Positions 7,718-13,375 of a stretch of 13,375 nucleotides of DNA are shown one piece after another (within the stretch, counting starts at the first letter, position 1; every line of letters begins with the position of its first letter). The notes under the pieces were generated by a model. The model did no database searches. It worked only from the letters and a program-made list of their open reading frames with translations, and was not told the origin of the DNA. The position numbers and the translations under genes are program-made. This DNA comes from Conexivisphaerales archaeon (lineage in GTDB: Archaea; Thermoproteota; Nitrososphaeria; Conexivisphaerales; DTJL01), in assembly GCA_049509455.1 (NCBI GenBank), contig JBEKZX010000057.1, forward strand, positions 1 through 13,375, given 5' to 3'.

Positions 7718-7742
7718 TGGCTGCTGGCCTCCGCCCGGAGCT

Positions 7743-8153
7743 CTACGGGCCTGTTCCCCTGATGACTCCCTCAGCGGGGTCATAGGTTACGAACGGGAAG
7801 GCTTCGTCATAGATGGACCAGCAGGGAAGGAGGCGGATGCCTTCCCGGGAGCATGCATCCCAAAGTGGGCCGAACACGCGCATGTTGCCCACCAAGAGGA
7901 TGGTCAAGTCCGGCTTCAGCTCCTGCCTGTACTTGCGCACTTGGTTGAGGACTTGGAACCAGGTGCTCCTGCGGACGTTCATCTTGCACTCGATGATCAC
8001 CCTTTTTCCGTCGAGTTCGGCCACTATGTCGCAGCCGCGCCTGTTCGTCTTCAAGGAGAACCCCCTTTCACGGAGGTTCTGGGCCACCGTCTTCTCCAAG
8101 AAGTCCCCCACATCCGAACTGGTGCCAAGAGACACGTACAAGCTTCGGCGCAT
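7743..8153 (-). CDS. Stand-alone PD-(D/E)xK restriction-endonuclease-fold nuclease (Mrr/NucS C-terminal-like)
   Basis: G.FLE..VA..L...GF ... CDIVAE.DG..VIIECK ... QVRKY gives the E, D and ExK catalytic pattern plus a QxxxY motif. Confidence 0.8.
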   Translation of the reverse strand: MRRSLYVSLGTSSDVGDFLEKTVAQNLRERGFSLKTNRRGCDIVAELDGKRVIIECKMNVRRSTWFQVLNQVRKYRQELKPDLTILLVGNMRVFGPLWDACSREGIRLLPCWSIYDEAFPFVTYDPAEGVIRGTGP

Positions 8154-8178
8154 CGTTCCCTGTTTGTGCCTGAGCAGC

Positions 8179-8184
8179 TTAAAA
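8179..8184 (-). promoter_or_regulatory. TATA box for the nuclease gene, leaderless spacing
   Basis: Minus-strand TTTTAA ends 25 nt before ATG 8153. Confidence 0.6.
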
Positions 8185-8223
8185 GGAGTGCCCTCCTCGG
8201 ACGTCCTCGGATGTGGCTCCTCT

Positions 8224-8487
8224 CTATAGGCACTCTCTCAGAAATCTTGTCTCTGCCGCCTCGAGATACCCTTCCAGGTTGGTCCTCAGGGCTCGTTTGT
8301 CGGGGAACCTTTCGTCAGCGACCTGGAGATGACCTTCTACGTAGGCGACCTGTTTCCAGTTGGAACGGAAGTTCGCCTTCAGACGCTCGATCTCCTCCCT
8401 CGGCTGGAGAGGGGACAGGTGGGAGTATCGTTCTTGCGTGGGGTGTATCGTTTGACTTAGGACGGCCTTCTGTCGGGGTCGGCTTGT
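8224..8487 (-). pseudogene. Open frame with no canonical start; small helical protein fragment
   Basis: 87 stop-free codons ending ...PREEIERLKANFRSNWKQVAYVEGHLQVADERFPDKRALRTNLEGYLEAAETRFLRECL*, with host-like GC3-rich codons in the distal part and no in-frame ATG/GTG/TTG. Confidence 0.45.
8421..8452 (+). repeat. 12-bp direct repeat pair with 20-nt period
   Basis: GGGAGTATCGTT (8421-8432) and GGGTGTATCGTT (8441-8452). Confidence 0.7.
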
Positions 8488-8569
8488 CTAAAGGCTCGGA
8501 CGAGGTTCACCGGGCGTTATGAGAGGGTTGGGTTGGATAAAGGATACCCTTTTCGCTATTTAGGGCCAC

Positions 8570-8652
8570 GGGGGGAGAGGGGGGGGTGAAGAGGGGGGTG
8601 AAGTCTGGGAGGGGGGAGGGGTGAACTTTGCACAACTTTGCACAAGTCTGGG
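8570..8652 (+). repeat. G-run tract and compound short-repeat array
   Basis: G runs of 6, 8, 6, 3, 6 and 4 within 8570-8621. GGGGTGAA x3 (8583, 8595, 8618), AAGTCTGGG x2 (8601, 8644) and tandem AACTTTGCAC x2 (8624, 8634). Confidence 0.9.
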
Positions 8653-9031
8653 GTTACGTAGCAAGCTAATTGCATCGTCGACATAGGCAGAAAGCAGGCT
8701 CAGGGCGGAGAAGAGGATCGTCGTCGCAGGCCCGCCTCCGATGGGCTAACTCCGCTCAACTTGTGCTTTTTGCACCCCCCTTCCGAAACACCGATCCGAC
8801 GTCGAGCTCTGTGCGGTCTCCTTCCCTTGGCGCTTCTTCTCGAGACACAGGCATCTCTACCATGGCTCCTCCGTCTTCAAGCTCAAGGCAGCCCACCCAT
8901 CCTACTGTCGTCTGAGAGACTCCATGTTCATGAGGCGAACGACTTCCCCGGGCGACCCCCGACCCTCCGACGTGCCATCGACATGGTAACGTTCTACTGT
9001 TTCCCGATGGCGGCCTTTTAGACATAACATG

Positions 9032-9056
9032 AACCGCACTTCATTGCGGTTATAAT
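9032..9056 (-). promoter_or_regulatory. TATA box overlapped by a 7-6-7 palindrome (operator-like)
   Basis: AACCGCA-cttcat-TGCGGTT (9032-9051) overlaps minus-strand TTATAA (9055-9050). Confidence 0.55.
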
Positions 9057-9293
9057 ACTCCTGAATACTGATGAGGTCTAGTGCACCTTCCCCAGATCGT
9101 CAGCATCGTTGATAATTCGTTAATTAACGTTTCCGTTACGGATATATCAACACTAGATTTTGGAGCCGGCTCTGTGGAGTCTATTCTGACATGTTGGCCA
9201 GAAGTGGATTAGCGTCGAAGTGGAACCGATTGGAATTGATATTATAAGTCTTTAAGTTACGCGTGGGGTAATCGTATCAGTTAAATGGGGTAG

Positions 9294-9731
9294 CTACGGC
9301 CAGGCTATTGTTGTCAGGTAGTCGTTTCCGGCTTTTGTTATCACGCCTATCGTGTAGTCCATGCGAGATGTGACATTGAGAGCAGACTTGCCAATGCTCA
9401 GCTCACCAGTAGGACCCGGAAGAAGTTGGAGACCACCGCCCACTGCGTTGGTAAAGTTGCCTTCTGGTGTAATGACTGCTTGGGCCAACGCTTCACCGTC
9501 GAATGTGACGCCGGTTACGATCGTCGTGACGGGTGAGTCATTGGCGACGGAGACGATGAGCGTGGTGTTCAGAGAATCCGTATTTGCCCAAACAGCCAAC
9601 CTCTCTCCAACAGGGCCGGGAACAGAAAGACCAGATCCAGTAGACGCCATCAGGCCAAAGAAGGCAAGGAATCCGACAAAGAAGATGGCTATGGCAATGT
9701 ACCCTGTTCTAGCTGAGCTGTCTTGGGTCGT
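9294..9731 (-). CDS. Membrane-anchored pilin/archaellin-like beta-domain protein, 145 aa if started at ACG 9731
   Basis: The frame extends upstream of the track ATG 9650 to give TQDSSARTG-YIAIAIFFVGFLAFFGLM (transmembrane helix), followed by LIVSVAND..T.VTGVTFDG...LLPG...YTIGVITKAGNDY. The pilin-like call is recognition by eye only. Confidence 0.6.
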   Translation of the reverse strand, partial: TTQDSSARTGYIAIAIFFVGFLAFFGLMASTGSGLSVPGPVGERLAVWANTDSLNTTLIVSVANDSPVTTIVTGVTFDGEALAQAVITPEGNFTNAVGGGLQLLPGPTGELSIGKSALNVTSRMDYTIGVITKAGNDYLTTIAWP

Positions 9732-9755
9732 ATAGAAGGCTGAGGCTTTGCCAAG

Positions 9756-9763
9756 ATATTAAT
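9756..9763 (-). promoter_or_regulatory. TATA-like box for the pilin-like gene
   Basis: ATTAATAT on the minus strand ends 24 nt before the in-frame ACG at 9731. Confidence 0.5.
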
Positions 9764-9815
9764 GTTGAACTGGTTTGGACGTGGGCTTGGACCTGCGAAA
9801 TGGGTTGACTCAGTC

Positions 9816-9834
9816 CCAGGTTTGCCTAACCTGG
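9816..9834. terminator. 7-bp hairpin downstream of the micro-ORF chain
   Basis: CCAGGTT-tgcct-AACCTGG perfect inverted repeat. Confidence 0.35.
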
Positions 9835-9876
9835 ATTCTAGACAAATAGGAATTGCGCTTTCATCTTGTAGCGAGT

Positions 9877-10048
9877 TTATTTCTGGCGTTTCTTAGGATG
9901 GAATACCTTATCGAGTGATTTCTTCATAGCTTTTCCGTCTTTGGTCATTGTCTTGTTGATTGACTTCGGGCATTGCTACTCATTTTCTGCCTCTCCTTCT
10001 CATTCTTGCTTCTGCTTCCCTCTTCTTTCTTTTGCTTCTGCTTCTCAT
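9877..10048 (-). other. Three ATGA-overlapped micro-ORFs (22, 12 and 23 aa)
   Basis: 10048-9980 MRSRSKRKKREAEARMRRRGRK*, 9983-9945 MSSNARSQSTRQ*, 9948-9877 MTKDGKAMKKSLDKVFHPKKRQK*. GTGAT lies 3 nt before the first ATG. Confidence 0.35.
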
Positions 10049-10162
10049 TTTATCACTAACTCAAGGTCGTCCGTCTGATTGATAGTGGGACCTGCGGTTT
10101 AAGTGCTTTTAATTCCCGTCGCCTGTCGGTTATTATCTGCTCTTTGTCCGCCCCCGCCTTTT

Positions 10163-10345
10163 TTCATAATGAAGTTGGCGCTGTGCGTGAGTGTTTGAGG
10201 GCTGATGAGACGTTCATAATGGCTAAAGAGTTTGGAGTTTGGTCGTTGGGTCCTAGTACTGTGATGTTTGATTTGTTTCATTGAGCGCGGTGTCACAGTG
10301 CTGTGATGTTTCCATATAGCTTAGTTGTCTTTTGATTTGATTTGA
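10163..10345 (+). repeat. Cluster of phased direct repeats and a palindrome
   Basis: TTCATAATG x2 (10163, 10213), AGTRCTGTGATGTTT x2 (10255, 10297), TCACAG-TG-CTGTGA (10293-10306) and TTTGA x3 (10331-10345). Confidence 0.75.
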
Positions 10346-10361
10346 TGTCAGATGATGTGGA

Positions 10362-10822
10362 GTGAGGCCAGTCCAGGGGGAGCCGGCTAAGCGCGCAGGG
10401 AGGCTGCTTCCCGGCGTCAAGGTGGTCATCAGGGAGGAGGGGATTCGTCGGGCTCTGGAGGAGGTCCTGGCCCGCCTGCCCGTGGAGGCACTGGACATCC
10501 CCACGCTCAAAAGACGTCTGACGCCGGGTCCCTGGCCGGGCTTACGAGGAGGGTCACTTATGAGAGGACCATCCGCTTCGGGCTCGGGAGGACCCGGACA
10601 GATGAAGTCGTCGTGCAAAAGGTCGAGCTCTACAGGGACATAATGATGCAGCTGTCCCTAAGCTCCAGGGAGGCCGTCATAGCCCACGAGCTGGCCCATG
10701 CCTGGCTCAACGACAACATCGCCCCGGACGATTCCGCTACTAGAGAGGAGGAATGTGATGCCCTCGCGGAGAAATGGGGCTTCGTCGATGAGCTCAGGGC
10801 TTTGGCCGACGAGACCGAGTGA
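10362..10822 (+). pseudogene. Zincin-like HExxH metallopeptidase-domain gene split by a -1 frameshift
   Basis: Frame 10362 reads VKVVIREEGIRRALEEVLARLPVEALD. The -1 frame continues protein-like from about 10511 as KTSDAGSLAGLTRRVTYERTIRF...REAVIAHELAHAWL...EEECDALAEKWGF. Confidence 0.7.
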
Positions 10823-10824
10823 GC

Positions 10825-12267
10825 TCATTCGAGCGTTGGGGTGTAGTGCGCGCTCCGGCCGACCCTCTTCCCTCTCATGATCGACGGAAGGATCGCCAGG
10901 GTATTCACGCCCGCCATCCAGAGGTATGTGCGGTCGAGGGCGGCTGAAAACAGGTTCCTGTCGACGGCCGATATCCCGGTGGGGCTTATCGAAGAGATGA
11001 TGGACGACACGACGGAATACGGCATGATGGAGGCCATGATCAGGATGGCCACGTTCAGCGAGATGGTGAAACCCAGATTGAAGAAGGTGGCCCGGAAGGC
11101 GGAGGCGATGCCCCTTCTATTGGGGGGCACGGAGCCCATGATCGAGCTCATGTTGGGCGAAGAAAAGAGGCCGGTGCCAGCCCCCATCAGCCCCATGTAG
11201 GCGACGAGGTCAAGATATGGGGTGGAGGGCTTTGTGGTGGAAAGGAGCAGGAGGGAGACGCTGGTGACGGCTAGGCCCGTCGTCACGAAGGGCAGCGGAC
11301 CGTACCTGTCAGAATATCTCCCACTCAAAGGGCCAAAGAGCAGGAAGAAGAGCTCGAACGGCAGAATCCTGATGCCTGCGTCGAACGGGCTCAAGCCCTG
11401 CACCAGCTCGAAATACAGGCTCAAGAGGAGGATGACGGCCCCCCAGGCGATGGCGTTAAGCAGCTGCGCCACGACGCCGCCGGTGAACTCTCGAATCTTG
11501 AGAAGCCCGAGGTCCAGCAGAGGATGCGGCGTCCTCCTCTCTTGGTAGACGAAAATCAGGAAGGTCGCGACGGATATGACGCTGAGCAGGAAGACGAACC
11601 TCTCCTCTCCGAATCCATAGGCTGCAAATGTGAGGGCGAAGAGGAAGCTTGAGATGGAGGTGGTGAAGGTGGCGAAACCTATCCAGTCGATCGGCGCCCC
11701 CTTTTCCATCTGCGCCGTCTCCCTCAGCCGTCTATGGGCCCATACGGTCCCGAATATGCCTATGGGGATGTTGATGTAGAAGAGGGCCCTCCAGTCTAGG
11801 ACGGCCAGGATGACACCGCTGAGCGTCAGCCCCGCCATCGCCCCGAACCTGAAGGAGAGCTGGTTGACGCCCAGGGAAAGGCCTAACTCCTCGGACGGCG
11901 TCGAGTCCGCTATCAAGGCTACGCTGTTGGTGAAGAGCATAGCCGATCCCAAGCCCTGCAAGCACCTGAACACGATCACCATCTCCGGATTGAGCGACAG
12001 GCTCGTCAGCGCCGACCCAAGCGTGAACACGGCAAAGCCGATGTTGTAGATTTTGACCCTGCCAAACATGTCCGTGACCCGCCCGATTAGCAATAAGGCG
12101 ATGGTGCTCCCCAGGGTGTAGGACTGGGTGAACCATATGGCCTGTTCCGCGTCGGCGCCCAAAGCAGCGGCGACCTGGGGGAGTCCCACTATGACGATCC
12201 TGGAATCGATGCCAGCCATCAGGACCCCAACCGAGGTCACGGTGAGCACTGTCCACTGGTACTTCAT
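10825..12267 (-). CDS. MFS drug:H+ antiporter, DHA2 (EmrB/QacA-type, 14 TMS)
   Basis: D..IV.VGLP, IGRVTDMFGRVKIY (motif A-like), WRALFYINIPIG, ID..G and SGRYSDRYG; 480 aa and hydrophobic. Confidence 0.93.
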   Translation of the reverse strand: MKYQWTVLTVTSVGVLMAGIDSRIVIVGLPQVAAALGADAEQAIWFTQSYTLGSTIALLLIGRVTDMFGRVKIYNIGFAVFTLGSALTSLSLNPEMVIVFRCLQGLGSAMLFTNSVALIADSTPSEELGLSLGVNQLSFRFGAMAGLTLSGVILAVLDWRALFYINIPIGIFGTVWAHRRLRETAQMEKGAPIDWIGFATFTTSISSFLFALTFAAYGFGEERFVFLLSVISVATFLIFVYQERRTPHPLLDLGLLKIREFTGGVVAQLLNAIAWGAVILLLSLYFELVQGLSPFDAGIRILPFELFFLLFGPLSGRYSDRYGPLPFVTTGLAVTSVSLLLLSTTKPSTPYLDLVAYMGLMGAGTGLFSSPNMSSIMGSVPPNRRGIASAFRATFFNLGFTISLNVAILIMASIMPYSVVSSIISSISPTGISAVDRNLFSAALDRTYLWMAGVNTLAILPSIMRGKRVGRSAHYTPTLE

Positions 12268-12414
12268 GCGTGCCTTCTACGTACGCGAAAGGCTTTGGTA
12301 CTTAAGCCTTGCATCCTGCTTTCGCTGCTCAGAGATCCCGGCTTCTTCCGGCGTCACCCTGCTTGAGCTCCAGTAGCACTCGTTATCTACCCGCGCGTGC
12401 CTCTTCCCGTTGTC

Positions 12415-13206
12415 ATGTCCGTCAGACTCTATCACGTTGATGCATTCTCCGACCGCAGGTTCGCCGGGAACCCCGCCGCCGTCTGCCTGCTCCCTAAACC
12501 CGCCGAGGAAAGGTGGATGCAGAACGTCGGGACCGAAATGAACCTCTCCGAGACGGCCTTCCTCTGCCCGGGTGAGGGCGGTTTCAGGCTGCGATGGTTT
12601 ACGCCCAAGGTGGAAGTCAGCCTCTGCGGGCATGCCACCCTCGCCAGCGCGCACGTGCTTTGGGAGGCGGGCGTGGTTCCGGCGGCGAAGGACATAGTGT
12701 TTCATACGAAGAGCGGGAAGCTTACCGCGCGTCGGAAGGGCGGGCTCATCGAGCTCGACTTCCCGGCCAGGAAGGCCGCACCATCCAAACCACCGAAGAG
12801 GCTGCTCGAGGCGCTGGGGGTCCGGGTGAAGTCTTTCGGCCGAAGCTTAGAGGATTGCCTCGTCGAGGTCGGAAGTGAGGAGGAGCTCCGCGGGATGGAG
12901 CCTGACTTCGGGCTCCTCGCCAAAGTGGACACGAGGGGGACGATGGTGACCTGCCAGTCAAGGTCCAAGGAGTACGACTTCGTCTCGCGGTTCTTCGCTC
13001 CGGCCGTGGGGGTCTTCGAAGACCCTGTGACCGGTTCAGCCCACTGCTGCCTGGGTCCCTTCTGGGGGGAACGCCTCGGCAAGACAGAGATGATAGGCTA
13101 TCAGGCATCCGCTAGAGGTGGAGTCGTCTGGGTGCGTCTGAATGGAAGCAGGGTCATCCTCGGCGGGAAGGCGGTCACCGTCCTGGCTGGCGAACTGAGC
13201 GCCTGA
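12415..13206 (+). CDS. PhzF-family (DAP-epimerase-like) isomerase
   Basis: VDAFSDRRFAGNPAAV, NLSETAF, RLRWFTPKVEVSLCGHATLA and RFFAPAVGVFEDPVTGSAH. ATG 12415 is preferred over GTG 12397. Confidence 0.95.
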   Translation: MSVRLYHVDAFSDRRFAGNPAAVCLLPKPAEERWMQNVGTEMNLSETAFLCPGEGGFRLRWFTPKVEVSLCGHATLASAHVLWEAGVVPAAKDIVFHTKSGKLTARRKGGLIELDFPARKAAPSKPPKRLLEALGVRVKSFGRSLEDCLVEVGSEEELRGMEPDFGLLAKVDTRGTMVTCQSRSKEYDFVSRFFAPAVGVFEDPVTGSAHCCLGPFWGERLGKTEMIGYQASARGGVVWVRLNGSRVILGGKAVTVLAGELSA

Positions 13207-13212
13207 CCCTTG

Positions 13213-13247
13213 GTGAAGACTCCCTTCACAGGCCGCTTTTCGCGGTC
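13213..13247 (+). terminator. Two tandem hairpins after the PhzF-family gene
   Basis: GTGAAG-actcc-CTTCAC (13213-13229) and GGCCGC-ttttc-GCGGTC (13231-13247, one G-U pair). Confidence 0.35.
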
Positions 13248-13287
13248 AAGGTTTATCTAAGCTGCAAGGGCAAGTACCATCCGGATA

Positions 13288-13375
13288 ATGCCCATTCCCT
13301 TTTTCGAACGCTCCTCGTCGGAGACTGCCCGGATGATCGAGAGGAAAATCCGATTCATAGAGGACGTTCATAGCG
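13288..13375 (+). CDS. Start of an unidentified protein, 3' truncated
   Basis: MPIPFFERSSSETARMIERKIRFIEDVHS is open to the window end, with TTTATCTAA (13252-13260) 27 nt upstream. Confidence 0.5.
   Translation, partial: MPIPFFERSSSETARMIERKIRFIEDVHS

Larger units (their letters stand above)
7663..10822. mobile_element. Possible decayed integrated-element remnant or accessory island
   Basis: Abrupt loss of core synteny after rpl10. Low GC (46/120 G+C at 9841-9960 versus 40/60 at 6301-6360), broken ORFs and repeat arrays. No integrase or att repeat seen, and the boundaries are uncertain. Confidence 0.3.

Noticed and set aside
8352-8366. ORB-like GTTTCCAGTTGGAAC
   Set aside because: Single copy, spacing one base off the box as recalled, no adjacent G-string, no cdc6 in the window, and it lies inside a protein-like frame.
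7677-8522. 281-aa plus-strand ORF and other long track ORFs overlapping identified genes (e.g. 59..427, 917..1321, 3646..4008, 10877..11200)
   Set aside because: These are antisense or alternate-frame shadows of well-supported genes in GC-rich DNA.
8756-9025. 89-aa minus-strand ORF MSKRPPSGN... behind the 9050 TATA
   Set aside because: The promoter spacing fits, but the sequence is not recognisably protein-like, and overlapping frames (8670..8915, 8761..9021) are equally unconvincing. Not called as a CDS.
9690-9731. Class III (prepilin) signal peptide at RTG/YIAIA
   Set aside because: The -2 residue is Thr rather than Lys/Arg and there is no +5 Glu, so only a generic N-terminal TM anchor is claimed.
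9789-10096. GGACCTGCG direct repeat (9789, 10088) flanking the micro-ORFs as a target-site duplication
   Set aside because: A 9-mer match within 300 nt is plausible by chance, and there are no terminal inverted repeats or transposase.
8570-10345. CRISPR array among the repeats
   Set aside because: Repeats are 15 nt or shorter, have 2-3 copies, and lack regular unique spacers.

Overview
GC-rich archaeal chromosome segment. Gene order and the absence of an LX gene suggest Nitrososphaeria/Thaumarchaeota, which is an inference. 1-7662 is a conserved translation/secretion cluster: rps19e (5' partial), PDCD5-like DNA-binding protein, rpl39e (missed by the ORF track), rpl31e, eIF6, prefoldin alpha, ftsY, argF on the opposite strand, an unexplained ~280-nt hairpin-rich spacer, secE, spt5/nusG, rpl11, rpl1 and rpl10. 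rpl12 does not follow rpl10. Instead, ~7.7-10.8 kb is an accessory, partly low-GC stretch. It holds a stand-alone PD-(D/E)xK nuclease, a start-less helical ORF, a G-run/iteron-like repeat array, a TATA-linked palindrome, a pilin-like membrane-anchored protein apparently starting at ACG, a chain of ATGA-coupled micro-ORFs, a phased-repeat cluster and a frameshifted HExxH metallopeptidase. The window ends with a DHA2-type MFS transporter, a PhzF-family protein and the start of an unknown ORF. No integrase, transposase, att pair, CRISPR array, tRNA or rRNA could be supported. All coordinates and counts were worked by hand and no searches were run.
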